Assembly (NCBI GenBank): GCA_008081395.1
Contig: VMCJ01000011.1
Coordinates: 14,264-78,263 of the forward strand
DNA length: 64,000 bases
Source of the DNA: Rhodospirillales bacterium
GTDB lineage: Bacteria > Pseudomonadota > Alphaproteobacteria > Bin95
Direction: 5' to 3'
The notes beneath the pieces were generated by a model that was not told the origin of the DNA, ran no database searches, and was given only the letters and a program-made list of their open reading frames with translations. The position numbers and the translations under genes are program-made. Every line of letters starts with the position of its first letter. The first letter of the stretch is position 1. Below, piece after piece: positions 9,640 to 20,268 of the stretch.

Positions 9640-10731
9640 TCAGTATTTGCTCAGTGCCTCTCGGATGCCTTCTAGCCCTGAATAACTAGCATCAATAATA
9701 CCAAACTCAGTGATAAGGCCCGAGATGAGATGTGCCGGTGTAACATCGAAGGCATCATTGCGTGCATGGCTACTAGTGGGGGTCAAACGCACCTTTTGAC
9801 GACTCCCATCATTAGCTTGGCCCCAAATATGGGTGACCTCGTCTTCTGCTCGTTGTTCGATCGGGATTTGCAATCCGTCTTCAAGTGTCCAGTCAATGGT
9901 TGGGGTTGGTAGAGCTACATAGAAAGGGATTTGATTGTCTTTGGCTGCAAGGGCCTTGAGATAGGTTCCTATTTTGTTGCAAACATCACCGTTCGCCGTT
10001 GTTCGATCGGTGCCAACGATGCATAGATCCACCAGCCCCCTTTGCATCAAGTGACCGCCAGCGTTATCTACAATCACATGGTGTGGAATTCCGTGAGCGC
10101 CTAGCTCCCATGCCGTGAGCGCTGCGCCTTGATTTCGGGGGCGGGTCTCATCAACCCAAACGTGTACATCAAGTCCTGCCTCATGGGCTTTGTAAATTGG
10201 AGCAAGCGCTGTGCCCCAGTCTACAGTGGCAATCCATCCAGCATTACAATGGGTCAATATATTGACTGGAGAGTTATTCTTTTTACCCGAAGCAATACTG
10301 CGAATAACTTCAAGCCCATGGTTACCAATGGCCTCATTAATGGCTACATCCTCATCGGCAATGGACGCAGCTTCAGACATTGCAACAGACGCACGGTTTG
10401 AAACTAACTGTCCAATAAGATGACTGTGCATGCGCTCCAATGCCCAACGAAGGTTGACTGCGGTTGGTCGAGTAGACAAAAGGGCTTTGAATGCCTTTTC
10501 AAGGTTGGCATCGCTGGGATTTTCTTTAAGAGCTATTGCTAAACCATAAGCGGCAGTAGCTCCAATCAATGGGGCACCCCGCACTTGCATGTCACAAATC
10601 GCTGTGATTACCGAAGTGAGATCTGCCAGTTCTTTTATTTGGACTTCATGTGGTAACAACGTCTGATCTATAATCCAAATACGGCCATCCTTTTCCCAAA
10701 TCGAGCGATAACTCTTTCCATCGATTTTCAT
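9640..10731 (-). CDS. mtnA: S-methyl-5-thioribose-1-phosphate isomerase
   Basis: eIF-2B alpha/beta/delta-related fold. The N-terminus ([14 protein letters not shown]...[15 protein letters not shown]) is typical of MtnA. Length is 363 aa. Confidence 0.85.
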   Translation of the reverse strand: MKIDGKSYRSIWEKDGRIWIIDQTLLPHEVQIKELADLTSVITAICDMQVRGAPLIGATAAYGLAIALKENPSDANLEKAFKALLSTRPTAVNLRWALERMHSHLIGQLVSNRASVAMSEAASIADEDVAINEAIGNHGLEVIRSIASGKKNNSPVNILTHCNAGWIATVDWGTALAPIYKAHEAGLDVHVWVDETRPRNQGAALTAWELGAHGIPHHVIVDNAGGHLMQRGLVDLCIVGTDRTTANGDVCNKIGTYLKALAAKDNQIPFYVALPTPTIDWTLEDGLQIPIEQRAEDEVTHIWGQANDGSRQKVRLTPTSSHARNDAFDVTPAHLISGLITEFGIIDASYSGLEGIREALSKY

Positions 10732-11618
10732 TTATTAAGCACCCTGCCTGCCACTGCATCGAGCATACTGATTAATTGCGGGTCTCGCTTTTCGGGCGGC
10801 GTCACTATTGCAACATCCAACGCTGTTTGACAGCCAGCGTGACAGGTCTGTGTGCGTTTGCCTAAGGCTGGAACAATATTTTTAATAATAGAACGAGCTT
10901 TAGCTGCATTTTCATGCAGAACTTTGATTACAGCATCGACCGTAACGTCGTTGTGTCCCTCATGCCAGCAATCATAGTCTGTGACCATTGCGACGGTGGC
11001 GTAGCAAAGTTCAGCCTCACGGGCGAGTTTTGCTTCCGGCATGTTGGTCATGCCTATAACATCACAGCCCCAAGCTCTATATAGCTGTGACTCTGCTCGC
11101 GTGGAAAATTGAGGTCCCTCCATTGCCAGGTAGGTGCCACCTCGGGTTACCGTTACTCCTGAAGCTGCGGCTGCGGCCTCTAGGGCATCACCCATTCGGG
11201 TACAAACTGGGTCACCTAGTGCAACGTGTGCGACACAACCCTCGTCAAAAAAACTTTTTTTCCTGGAAAATGTCCGATCGATAAACTGATCAACAATTAC
11301 AAAATGCCCTGGAGGAAGTTCTTCCTTCAATGAACCTACCGCCGAAAGAGAGAGAAGTTCTGTGGCACCGGCGCGCTTGAGAGCATCAATATTAGCTCGA
11401 TAGTTTACAGCGCTCGGGGGGAGGTGATGGTTGCGCCCATGCCTCGGCATAAATAACACAGCCTGACCGTCTAGGACGCCTTCCATGATCTCGTCCGAAG
11501 GTGTTCCGAATGGAGATTCTATTTTTCTCCAACGTCGCTCCTCAAGCCCATCAATATCATAAAGTCCACTGCCGCCGAGTATCCCAATTACTGGTGGTGT
11601 GCCAGGTTTTGCCGTCAT
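10728..11618 (-). CDS. mtnP: S-methyl-5'-thioadenosine phosphorylase
   Basis: PNP/MTAP family N-terminus (IGIIGGSGLYD ... FxPRHGRxHxxxPSxVNYRANI). Length is 296 aa. It overlaps the mtnA start. Confidence 0.85.
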   Translation of the reverse strand: MTAKPGTPPVIGILGGSGLYDIDGLEERRWRKIESPFGTPSDEIMEGVLDGQAVLFMPRHGRNHHLPPSAVNYRANIDALKRAGATELLSLSAVGSLKEELPPGHFVIVDQFIDRTFSRKKSFFDEGCVAHVALGDPVCTRMGDALEAAAAASGVTVTRGGTYLAMEGPQFSTRAESQLYRAWGCDVIGMTNMPEAKLAREAELCYATVAMVTDYDCWHEGHNDVTVDAVIKVLHENAAKARSIIKNIVPALGKRTQTCHAGCQTALDVAIVTPPEKRDPQLISMLDAVAGRVLNK

Positions 11619-11635
11619 GTTTTAGCCCCTACCCA

Positions 11636-11673
11636 GAAAACCAAAAGGCCGCTGCAATACATTTGCAACGGCC
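11636..11673 (-). terminator. rho-independent terminator downstream of petC
   Basis: On the minus strand there is a 10-bp stem, GGCCGUUGCA-aauguau-UGCAGCGGCC, followed by UUUUGGUUUU. Confidence 0.65.
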
Positions 11674-11700
11674 TTTGTACAACGTTTTAAACGTAGTTGG

Positions 11701-12531
11701 TTAGTGCACTTTTCGCCAAACTTCACGCTTCGCGAGGTACAGTAGAATGGTTAATATCACTAAGAAAATGATAACTTTAAAACCAGTCTGTTTCCGCTCT
11801 TCCAGCTTTGGCTCTGCAACGAAAGCAAGAAAATTGTTTATATCAGTCGTCATTTGTTCGACTGTTGCTGCTGTGCCATCATTATAAGTGACTGCATCTG
11901 GTGACAGAGGGGGAGCCATACTAATTTGATAGCCTGGATAATAGGCATTGTAGTATCGGCCTTCCCCGACTTCACATCCTGCAGGCGCATCCATGTAACC
12001 ACCAAGAATTTTTGGAATATGTGCCTCAAAATCAGGGCGAGCTTTCACTATTAGGCTAAGGTCAGGAGGGATGGCACCCCCATTTGCCGCAGCTGCTGCC
12101 TTTACATTAGGAAATGGTTTTGGGAAGTGGTCCGATGGAAGAGCCCTTCTTAATACCACTTCACCCTCGTCATTTGGTGGGGCGGGGACTTCATACTCCT
12201 GGGCTACACCCTTGATTTCGTCTTCGGTTGCGCCGAGCGCTGACAAGTTACGAAATGCGAAGAGATTTAGGGAGTGGCATGAGGCACAAACGCCTCTGTA
12301 TACCTCGAAGCCGCGGAGCGCTGAATCGTGATCATAATGGCCAAAAATCCCCTGAAAAGACCACTTTTGCTCTGGGATAGTGGGCAAAGTTTTTGGAGTA
12401 CAGGCAGTTTCTTTTCCAGCTCCGGCTGCACTTGCAGTAGATGCAGGAATACTGGCGGATGCAAAAAGTATTAGGCCAGCAAAGAGAGAGGAAGAAATTT
12501 GTTTAAGGGTCATTTTTCTTCGTCCCTTCAA
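11701..12531 (-). CDS. petC: cytochrome c1 of the bc1 complex
   Basis: Signal peptide, a CASCH heme-binding motif and a C-terminal membrane anchor are present. It is the last gene of the petABC cluster. Confidence 0.85.
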   Translation of the reverse strand: MKGRRKMTLKQISSSLFAGLILFASASIPASTASAAGAGKETACTPKTLPTIPEQKWSFQGIFGHYDHDSALRGFEVYRGVCASCHSLNLFAFRNLSALGATEDEIKGVAQEYEVPAPPNDEGEVVLRRALPSDHFPKPFPNVKAAAAANGGAIPPDLSLIVKARPDFEAHIPKILGGYMDAPAGCEVGEGRYYNAYYPGYQISMAPPLSPDAVTYNDGTAATVEQMTTDINNFLAFVAEPKLEERKQTGFKVIIFLVILTILLYLAKREVWRKVH

Positions 12532-13748
12532 GCACTAGTGCCAGATGGCGATGGTTTTGAAATACTCAGGGGTAGATCAATTGGTCGCTCATATAAGCCA
12601 AGAAGTGGCAGCAAAATGATGAAGTGGGCAAAATAATATACAGTGCCTAGTCTGGACAGTACCACCCAGATACCTTCAGCAGGCATCGCTCCACAGAACC
12701 CCAATAATATACAGTCTGCTAAAAGAACCCAGAACAAGACAAAATACACTGGGCGGAATTTCGCTGACCGAATAGGTGAGCGGTCCAACCAAGGCAGCAC
12801 GAAGAGCACTGCAATTGCGGCAAACATCGCAATAACTCCACCCAATTTATCTGGCACAGCTCTCAGGATCGCGTAGAACGGCAGGAAGTACCATTCAGGA
12901 ACGATGTGGGCGGGGGTTACTAGAGGATTTGCCTCAACGTAGTTGTCAGGGTGACCCATATAATTGGGCGCAAAAGACACCACTGCCATAAAGATGGTGA
13001 GAAACACTCCCAATCCAAACATATCTTTAACTGTGTAATAGGGATGGAAGGGGATGGTATCACCCTTGTTCTTTATATCGATTCCGAGGGGATTGTTTGA
13101 GCCGTGCTGGTGCAAAGCTGCTATGTGCAAAATAACTACCCCAGCAATCACAAATGGTAGGAGAAAGTGCAAAGAGAAGAAGCGGTTTAGGGTTGGATTG
13201 TCTACTGTAAACCCGCCCCAAAGCCATGTGACTATGTTTTCACCAATCAGCGGAATAGCTGAGAACAAATTGGTAATGACGGTGGCGCCCCAGAAACTCA
13301 TTTGGCCCCATGGTAAAACGTAACCCATAAAAGCGGTGGCCATCATCAATAGCAAGATGACAACACCAAGAATCCAGAGCAATTCTCGTGGAGCTTTGTA
13401 GGACCCGTAATAAAGTCCCCTAAAAATATGAATGTAAACAACGATAAAGAAGAACGACGCTCCATTCATATGAATGTATCGGATCAGCCAACCGAAATCG
13501 ACGTCTCGCATAATTCGTTCTACTGAGGCGAAAGCATAATCCACATGCGCTGTGTAGTTCATCGACAGCACAATGCCCGAGACAATCATTATAACCAGAC
13601 AGAACCCGGCGAGACTACCGAAATTCCACATATAGTTAAGGTTTCTCGGCGTGGGATACTCATGCAACTCATGATTAAGCATGGAGAATACCGGCAAGCG
13701 GTACTCAATCCACCGAACGATGGGATTCGAAAATTCAGGTGAGCTCAT
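12528..13748 (-). CDS. petB: cytochrome b of the bc1 complex
   Basis: Polytopic protein with the conserved His pairs and a PEWY motif ([15 protein letters not shown]). Length is 406 aa. Confidence 0.9.
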   Translation of the reverse strand: MSSPEFSNPIVRWIEYRLPVFSMLNHELHEYPTPRNLNYMWNFGSLAGFCLVIMIVSGIVLSMNYTAHVDYAFASVERIMRDVDFGWLIRYIHMNGASFFFIVVYIHIFRGLYYGSYKAPRELLWILGVVILLLMMATAFMGYVLPWGQMSFWGATVITNLFSAIPLIGENIVTWLWGGFTVDNPTLNRFFSLHFLLPFVIAGVVILHIAALHQHGSNNPLGIDIKNKGDTIPFHPYYTVKDMFGLGVFLTIFMAVVSFAPNYMGHPDNYVEANPLVTPAHIVPEWYFLPFYAILRAVPDKLGGVIAMFAAIAVLFVLPWLDRSPIRSAKFRPVYFVLFWVLLADCILLGFCGAMPAEGIWVVLSRLGTVYYFAHFIILLPLLGLYERPIDLPLSISKPSPSGTSA

Positions 13749-13760
13749 CGATTATGTGCC

Positions 13761-14330
13761 TCATCCGATCTTAATAACGTTTTCAGACAAGAACTCGTAA
13801 GGAGGAACAGCTAAGTTAGCTGGGGCTGGTCCTCTGCGAATTCTACCGGAGGTATCGTAATGGGAACCGTGGCAGGGGCAGAACCAGCCATCGTAGTCAC
13901 CCTTCACGTCCCCTGTCTTTTGGCCAAGCGGTATACATCCAAGATGGGTGCATACGCCAACGATAACAAGCCACTTGGCTTCACCAGGCTTTACCCGTTC
14001 TGCGTCAGCTTGAGGATCTGGTAAATCGTCGAGGTTAACGCTTTGTGCTTCCTCTATTTCTTTAGCAGTCCGATGTCTAATAAAGGTTGGCTTTCCTCGC
14101 CAGACCACAGTTATTGATTGCCCCTCTGCAACTGAAGCTACATTTACCTCAGTAGAAGCTAAAGCAAGAGTATCTGCTGCGGGCCGCAGGTTTGACAGGA
14201 AAGGCCAAACTGCAGCGACTGTTCCAACGGCTGCCATTGCGCCTGTTGCCATAAAGAGGAAGTCGCGCCGTCCCTCATCCATGCCAACATCAGCGTCATG
14301 GTTCCCGGCGGCGTGTACCGGCTCCGACAT
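13761..14330 (-). CDS. petA: ubiquinol-cytochrome c reductase Rieske iron-sulfur subunit
   Basis: CTHLGC and CPCHGS Rieske boxes are present, and the N-terminus carries a twin-arginine (RRDFLF) signal. Confidence 0.9.
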   Translation of the reverse strand: MSEPVHAAGNHDADVGMDEGRRDFLFMATGAMAAVGTVAAVWPFLSNLRPAADTLALASTEVNVASVAEGQSITVVWRGKPTFIRHRTAKEIEEAQSVNLDDLPDPQADAERVKPGEAKWLVIVGVCTHLGCIPLGQKTGDVKGDYDGWFCPCHGSHYDTSGRIRRGPAPANLAVPPYEFLSENVIKIG

Positions 14331-14488
14331 AAACTACTACCTCGCAAAAAGGAAAATTTTACGACTAAGACTTAGCCCAGCCGCATATGTGAACCCAACC
14401 CGTTAAAGGTCCGAGCGTCATTATGACGCGCGATTTCCATAACGTTTAATATGTCTACGATTTTTCGAGAAAAAAGTCATTATAGGTT

Positions 14489-14938
14489 ATGCGAATTGCT
14501 CTAATACAACCTGAAATTCCTCAAAATGTTGGAGCTGTAATCCGACTTGCCGCCTGTCTTGGGGTGAATGTTGATCTTATTGGTCCTTTGGGTTTTGTTC
14601 TGACCGACAAAAAATTGAAGCGAGCTGGCATGGACTACATTGACCTTGCAAAGATTCGCCGCTTTGACAGCCTGGAAGACTTTATAAGCACTATGACAGG
14701 ACGGCTTATTCTTTTCACTACAAAGGGTGACATTGGGGCTTATAGTTTTAACTATAGATCAGGAGATGTGCTCGCCTTTGGTTCGGAGTCATCTGGCGCT
14801 CCTGCTTTAGCTCATTCATCAGCGGCGGCCCGTTTGGCGCTGCCAATGACCGAAGGCGCACGCTCAATGAACTTAGCCACCGCTGCCGCTTTGGCGCTTG
14901 GGGAGGGGCTCCGCCAAATTGGTGGATTGCCTCAGTGA
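14489..14938 (+). CDS. trmL: tRNA (cytidine/uridine-2'-O)-methyltransferase, SpoU/TrmL family
   Basis: SPOUT fold N-terminus ([20 protein letters not shown]) and a C-terminal SAM-binding knot region are present. Length is 149 aa. Confidence 0.8.
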   Translation: MRIALIQPEIPQNVGAVIRLAACLGVNVDLIGPLGFVLTDKKLKRAGMDYIDLAKIRRFDSLEDFISTMTGRLILFTTKGDIGAYSFNYRSGDVLAFGSESSGAPALAHSSAAARLALPMTEGARSMNLATAAALALGEGLRQIGGLPQ

Positions 14939-14960
14939 ATTCGAAAGGCTCAAGCTAGCT

Positions 14961-15845
14961 ATGATAAATAACGAAGCACGGAAATCAGAAGCGAAGGCTT
15001 GGTTTGAAGCGCTGCGAGATAGGATTTGCAACGCCTTTGAACTTATTGAGGAAGAGTTTGCCAAAGGCGCTAGCGGCGACTTGATGCCGGGCCGGTTTGA
15101 ACGAAACGCTTGGACCCGCAAAGCCAAGAACGATGATCCTGACTCAGGTCCAGGCGGAGGCGGGGTGATGTCGGTGTTGCGTGGTAATGTATTTGAAAAA
15201 GTAGGTGTGAACGTTTCAACAGTTTATGGGGAATTTTCTGACTCTTTCAGAGGCCAAGTTCCTGGCACGAAAGATGATCCAACTTTTTGGGCGAGTGGCA
15301 TCTCGCTCGTTGCTCATATGTGCAACCCTCATGTCCCAGCAGTTCATATGAATACCCGTCATATTGTGACTTCCAAGGCCTGGTTTGGCGGTGGAGCGGA
15401 TCTAACACCAATGTTTCCTGAGAATCATCATGATGATGGTGTTCGTTTTCATTCAGCCCTTAAAGCTGCGTGTGATAGGGCTAATCCTGATTATTACAAG
15501 CGATATAAGGAATGGTGCGATGAGTATTTTTTTCTTCCACACCGGGATGAACCCCGTGGTCTAGGGGGAATATTTTTTGATGGCTTAGATAGTGGTGAAT
15601 GGAAGGCCGACTTTGCATTCGTACGTGACGTTGGCGAGGTATTTTTGGAGATTTACGCCCATATTGTTAGGGGTCAAATGAACCGTGAGTGGACTGACGA
15701 AGAAAGAGAGCGCCAACTAATCCGACGAGGACGTTATGTGGAATTTAATTTGCTCCACGATCGCGGGACTAAGTTTGGACTTATGACAGGTGGAAATACT
15801 GAGGCAATTTTAATGTCTATGCCACCGGCAGTGAAATGGCCCTAA
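14961..15845 (+). CDS. hemF: oxygen-dependent coproporphyrinogen III oxidase
   Basis: Conserved HemF blocks (GGGGxMSVLRG, NPHVPxVHMNxRH, FGGGxDLTP). The ATG at 14961 lies just after the trmL stop. The longer ORF-track start at 14898 would overlap trmL. Confidence 0.85.
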   Translation: MINNEARKSEAKAWFEALRDRICNAFELIEEEFAKGASGDLMPGRFERNAWTRKAKNDDPDSGPGGGGVMSVLRGNVFEKVGVNVSTVYGEFSDSFRGQVPGTKDDPTFWASGISLVAHMCNPHVPAVHMNTRHIVTSKAWFGGGADLTPMFPENHHDDGVRFHSALKAACDRANPDYYKRYKEWCDEYFFLPHRDEPRGLGGIFFDGLDSGEWKADFAFVRDVGEVFLEIYAHIVRGQMNREWTDEERERQLIRRGRYVEFNLLHDRGTKFGLMTGGNTEAILMSMPPAVKWP

Positions 15846-15920
15846 AGGCCGCCAAACTCAACTAAAATATTTAGCAAATGCTCTCTGAACAAAACTTGTG
15901 CAAAGGTAGTTCATTAATTT

Positions 15921-17747
15921 TCATTCTACTGTGACTGATTTTGCGAGGTTTCGGGGCTGATCAACATCTGTTCCTTTAGCAACGGCTGCAAAATAAGCCA
16001 GAAGTTGCATTGGAATGGAATAAAGTATTGGCGCTACAAATGGGTCACAGGCCGGCATTTCTATAGTGTGGGCGGCATACTCGCCTGCTTCATTTATTCC
16101 TTGAGCATCAGATACAAGAATTGCTTTACCGCCACGAGCAACTAGCTGGTGAAGGTTCGACGCTGTTTTTTCAAATAAGTTATCATATGGCGCTACGACG
16201 ACTACAGGTACGTTTTCGTCAATTAGAGCAATGGGCCCATGTTTCATTTCTCCCGCCGCATAACCCTCTGCATGGATATAAGAGATTTCTTTTAGTTTTA
16301 GGGCTCCTTCCATAGCAATTGGGTATGATGATCCTCGGCCAAGGTAAAGCACATCCGTAGCTTCAGCTAAAACAGCTGCTACTGACCGCATCTTATCTTC
16401 GTTTGCTAAGGTTTGAGCTAATAGCGCTGGGGCAGATATCAGTGCGTTGGTAAGGCTTGCAGCTTTTACTGCAGTGATTGCCTTTCGCCGGATAGCTGTT
16501 TCGATTGCAAAAGCAGCAAGCACTACTAGTTGAGTGGTGAATGCTTTTGTAGAAGCCACGCCAATTTCAGGGCCAGCCAAGGTTTGAAGCGAGGCATGAC
16601 TTTCCCGAGCAATAGCGCTTTCGGGGACGTTAACTACAGAAACAATCGTCTGGTCTTGTGATTTTGCGTAGCGCAGCGCTTCTAACGTGTCGATAGTTTC
16701 TCCTGATTGAGAAACACAGATAAAGGCTCCGTCTTTGGGCATTGGAGCTTCGCGGTAACGAAATTCACTTGCGATATCTATATCCATCGGTACCCGAGCG
16801 ATTTGCTCCATCCAATATTTGCCCACTGTGCAGGCATAGAATGCGGTACCGCACGCGCTGGCTGTAAATCTTGATATTTTTTCAAGTTCTAAAGGTAGCT
16901 TGGGCAACTCAACTGACTGAGTTTTGTATGAATACAGAGCCCTCAAGGTGTCACCAATAACTGCAGGCTGCTCGTGTATCTCCTTTTCCATGAAGTGACG
17001 ATATTCACCCTTACCAATCATTGCCCCAGAAATGGCCGACTGTTTAAGTTCACGTTTAACAGCTTGACCCGATCGGTTCATAATTTTGACGGTTTGGTCC
17101 TGGATGACGACCCAATCTCCCTCGTCCAGATATGTGAGGGTAGAAGTTAACGGGGCTAAAGCTAGTGCATCGGAGCCCAAATAAACCTCTTGGCTGCCGT
17201 ATCCCAGAACCAATGGGCTGCCTTGACGCGCTCCTATCATAAGATTTTCATGGCCGCTAAACATGATCGCGAGAGCAAAAGCACCGTCGAGCCTTTTTAA
17301 GGCACGATGTGTAGCATCTTCTGGCGCAAGGCCTAAAGTTTCAAGATTATAAGAAATGAGGCGGGCAACTACTTCTGTGTCAGTCTCTGTTTCAAAAGTA
17401 ACTCCCTTAGCTTCCAACTCTTGCCGCAGCGGTCTGAAGTTTTCAATGATACCATTATGAACAACAGCTACGTGATCCGTTGCGTGGGGGTGTGCGTTAA
17501 GTTCTGAAGGGGCACCGTGCGTTGCCCAGCGGGTGTGACCGATACCAATTTTGCCATCAACTGGACTGTCCTTTAAATGCGCAACTAAATTTGAGAGCTT
17601 CCCTTCAGCTCGGCGGCGTTCGATTGAACCATTAAATAAAGTGGCAACACCTGCGGAGTCATATCCCCTGTACTCAAGCCGCTTTAGACTCTCGATAAGG
17701 TTTGCAACCACACCCTCTTGACTAACTATTCCTATAATTCCGCACAT
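15921..17747 (-). CDS. glmS: glutamine--fructose-6-phosphate aminotransferase
   Basis: N-terminal MCGIIG glutaminase nucleophile and two SIS domains are present. Length is 608 aa. Confidence 0.9.
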   Translation of the reverse strand: MCGIIGIVSQEGVVANLIESLKRLEYRGYDSAGVATLFNGSIERRRAEGKLSNLVAHLKDSPVDGKIGIGHTRWATHGAPSELNAHPHATDHVAVVHNGIIENFRPLRQELEAKGVTFETETDTEVVARLISYNLETLGLAPEDATHRALKRLDGAFALAIMFSGHENLMIGARQGSPLVLGYGSQEVYLGSDALALAPLTSTLTYLDEGDWVVIQDQTVKIMNRSGQAVKRELKQSAISGAMIGKGEYRHFMEKEIHEQPAVIGDTLRALYSYKTQSVELPKLPLELEKISRFTASACGTAFYACTVGKYWMEQIARVPMDIDIASEFRYREAPMPKDGAFICVSQSGETIDTLEALRYAKSQDQTIVSVVNVPESAIARESHASLQTLAGPEIGVASTKAFTTQLVVLAAFAIETAIRRKAITAVKAASLTNALISAPALLAQTLANEDKMRSVAAVLAEATDVLYLGRGSSYPIAMEGALKLKEISYIHAEGYAAGEMKHGPIALIDENVPVVVVAPYDNLFEKTASNLHQLVARGGKAILVSDAQGINEAGEYAAHTIEMPACDPFVAPILYSIPMQLLAYFAAVAKGTDVDQPRNLAKSVTVE

Positions 17748-17780
17748 TCAGATTACGCTCTCCGCACCAACTTAGGGCTG

Positions 17781-19169
17781 TTATTTATCTTTTTCCCGAG
17801 TTTTTCGAGAACGAAAAGCTATTGCCCATTTGGGGTGGCTTGACTGAGGTGCTCTTTCAAGGCTCAAGGCGTTGTCTTGAACATCCTTGGTTATAGTACT
17901 CCCTGCCCCAACAATAGCACCGTCTCCGATCTTTACCGGGGCTACCAAGGCACTATTCGAGCCAATGAAGGCTCCTCTGCCTATATCAGTGAAATATTTA
18001 TGAAAGCCATCATAGTTACAGGTTATGGTACCTGCTCCTATATTTGCTTCGGCTCCAACTCGGGCATCCCCTATGTAAGCTAAGTGGTTTGCTTTAGCGC
18101 CAGCTTCAACAACAGATCCCTTAACTTCAACAAAATTTCCAATTCGAGCGGATGGTCCAATTTCAGTACCAGGGCGAAGTCGAGCATAAGGCCCCACTAT
18201 CGCACCGGACGAGATATTGGCTCCCTCAATATGGCTAAATGCGCGAATGGTTGCGCCTTTTTCTATGATGGTACCAGGACCCAAAATGACATTTGGTTCA
18301 ATAACGACATCTTGTCCAACTTCAACATCATGACTAAAAAACACAGTGTCTGGCGAAATCATCGTGACTCCTGCCGCCATCGCAGCCAGTCGCGCCTGAT
18401 TCTGGAAAACTGCTTCTGCAGCAGCTAAATCGACCCTATCGTTAACGCCCTGTAATTCGCTTTCTTCGCCCTCAATCACCGCAGCTAAACCTTTGTCAGC
18501 ACGCAAAAGTGCTACGATGTCAGTCAGATAGTACTCACTCTTGGAGTTTTTATTTTCAACCCGTTCCAAAAGTTCAAAAAGTTTTGGTCCATTAATTAGC
18601 ATAACGCCAGAATTGCAGAGATTGTTTTTTCTTTCTTCCGCATTGGCGTCACGAACTTCGACGATCCGGTCGAGATAACCATTTTGGTTCAACACCAGGC
18701 GGCCATATGCGCTTTCTTCCTTAGTTCTCATTCCAAGGACTACGATGTCGGGAGAGTCGTCTGCCATGCGTCGGTCAAGCATAGCTTGCAAGGTTGACTG
18801 ACGTATCAGCGGTGTGTCGCCAAAAAGGATAAAGATGTCGCCATCAAAGCCTTCATAGAGGGATTTAGCTGCTTTAGCTGCGTGTGCTGTACCAAGGGCT
18901 TCTTGTTGAATGGCGGTAGCGACAGGGTGGACTGCCTCGATTACTTCTTTGTGATTGGGAGCTACGACAACGCATATTCGTTCAGCATTAAGGCCGTTTA
19001 TCAAATTTAGAACATGATTAATCATAGGCTTGCCGCCTATTTGGTGTAAGACTTTGGGCAGGCTGGACTTCATTCTTGTGCCCTGGCCAGCCGCAAGCAC
19101 AATAGCGCCAAGTGATTTTTTTGATGAATTTATTTGTTGGTTCAAGATGAGATCCAGACTTTCAAACAA
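17781..19169 (-). CDS. glmU: bifunctional UDP-GlcNAc pyrophosphorylase / GlcN-1-P acetyltransferase
   Basis: LAAGxGTRMKS nucleotidyltransferase motif plus C-terminal hexapeptide repeats. The annotated start is a TTG, so the exact start is uncertain. Confidence 0.85.
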   Translation of the reverse strand: MFESLDLILNQQINSSKKSLGAIVLAAGQGTRMKSSLPKVLHQIGGKPMINHVLNLINGLNAERICVVVAPNHKEVIEAVHPVATAIQQEALGTAHAAKAAKSLYEGFDGDIFILFGDTPLIRQSTLQAMLDRRMADDSPDIVVLGMRTKEESAYGRLVLNQNGYLDRIVEVRDANAEERKNNLCNSGVMLINGPKLFELLERVENKNSKSEYYLTDIVALLRADKGLAAVIEGEESELQGVNDRVDLAAAEAVFQNQARLAAMAAGVTMISPDTVFFSHDVEVGQDVVIEPNVILGPGTIIEKGATIRAFSHIEGANISSGAIVGPYARLRPGTEIGPSARIGNFVEVKGSVVEAGAKANHLAYIGDARVGAEANIGAGTITCNYDGFHKYFTDIGRGAFIGSNSALVAPVKIGDGAIVGAGSTITKDVQDNALSLERAPQSSHPKWAIAFRSRKTREKDK

Positions 19170-19321
19170 AGTGTTGCTAGAGGTCTTATCTAAGAAATCA
19201 TGTGTTAATTATCACTCGCATGTAATTTTCCCAAATTATTTAAAAATCAATGTAACCAAAGCTGAGAAACTTCAAAGACGCGCCGAGCTGTGTGTTCTTA
19301 ACATCAGTGGAAAAACGAACG

Positions 19322-19990
19322 ATGAATAAGCCGCGTGCACTTATATTTGATCTTGATGGGACGCTAACTGATAGCGCCCCTGCTATTGGCCGAGCGCTCA
19401 ATCGTCTTTGGGCCGACATGCAGCGGGCGCCAATACCTCAGGTGGCTATCAGGGGATATATTGGCGATGGTCCAGCAGCACTGATCAAATGTGCCCGCAG
19501 AGACAGTGGCCTAGAGCCTGACCTAGTAGCCGAACAGGCTGAGGCTAATGAGTTTTTGAGAATTTATGCTGAAGATGGGCCAGGCGGAGAGATCTTCCCA
19601 GGTGCAATTGAGGTTTGTGAAGAATTAGTTTCAGCTGGTTTAGAGTTGGCAGTTTGTACAAACAAACCTCAAGATGCCGCGTGGCGTTTGCTATCAATGC
19701 TGGGGCTTGCTCCTTTTCTAGTCGGGTGCGTGGGTGGAGATGCAGCGCCATTGCGCAAACCTGACCCTGCCCACGTTCTTGAGACTCTGAAACTTTTCAA
19801 TAATGTTGCGCCGTCGCAGGCTCTGATGGTTGGAGATGGTTTGCAGGATGTGGCCGCAGCAGAGGCGGCCGGGGTGAACGTGATAGTGGCTTCGTATGGT
19901 TACGGGGGCGTTTCAACTGCACGCCCTGACTTGCCAAGCATCAATACGATTACAGATCTTCCAGAGCTTCTAGCGCTAAAAAGAGATTAA
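19322..19990 (+). CDS. HAD-superfamily hydrolase (phosphoglycolate phosphatase-like)
   Basis: DLDGTL motif I at the N-terminus and a GDGxxD motif near the C-terminus. ATG at 19322. Confidence 0.7.
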   Translation: MNKPRALIFDLDGTLTDSAPAIGRALNRLWADMQRAPIPQVAIRGYIGDGPAALIKCARRDSGLEPDLVAEQAEANEFLRIYAEDGPGGEIFPGAIEVCEELVSAGLELAVCTNKPQDAAWRLLSMLGLAPFLVGCVGGDAAPLRKPDPAHVLETLKLFNNVAPSQALMVGDGLQDVAAAEAAGVNVIVASYGYGGVSTARPDLPSINTITDLPELLALKRD

Positions 19991-20058
19991 CCCTAGACAA
20001 TTGTTGAATGTCAAAAAGCGTAAGGTTTAATTAGCCTTTTGCGTAGATGCTTATGTTA

Positions 20059-20268
20059 TTATTTTTGCTCAGCAGTGATGCTGCTTCGAGCTTTGTTAAT
20101 GGCGGCTAAAACTTGATCCAAGTCGCCAACAAGGTTTGCGAGAAGTAATATCAGCCTACTGTTCATTTGGCGGCTTTCTGCATCGGTGAGATTTTCATGA
20201 GCGTCGACTAAAGCTTCAAAGAGATCATCCGGCTGCGAAACACGGATCTCTTTTGGGTACTGTGCCAT
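20059..20268 (-). CDS. small DUF2783-like protein, translationally coupled to the upstream monooxygenase
   Basis: 69-aa acidic protein (MAQYPKEIRV...). Its ATG overlaps the monooxygenase stop (TAATG). Small proteins of this kind commonly follow MhpA-type hydroxylases. Confidence 0.5.
   Translation of the reverse strand: MAQYPKEIRVSQPDDLFEALVDAHENLTDAESRQMNSRLILLLANLVGDLDQVLAAINKARSSITAEQK

Noticed and set aside
15921-17780. Looked for a glmS ribozyme upstream of glmS
   Set aside because: The glmS ribozyme is a Gram-positive feature. Here glmS is preceded by glmU in a compact minus-strand arrangement with only a 33-nt gap. No ribozyme-like leader is present.
19991-20058. Weak AAGG...CCTT hairpin plus T-run after the HAD hydrolase gene
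   Set aside because: The stem is only 4 bp, too weak to call a terminator.
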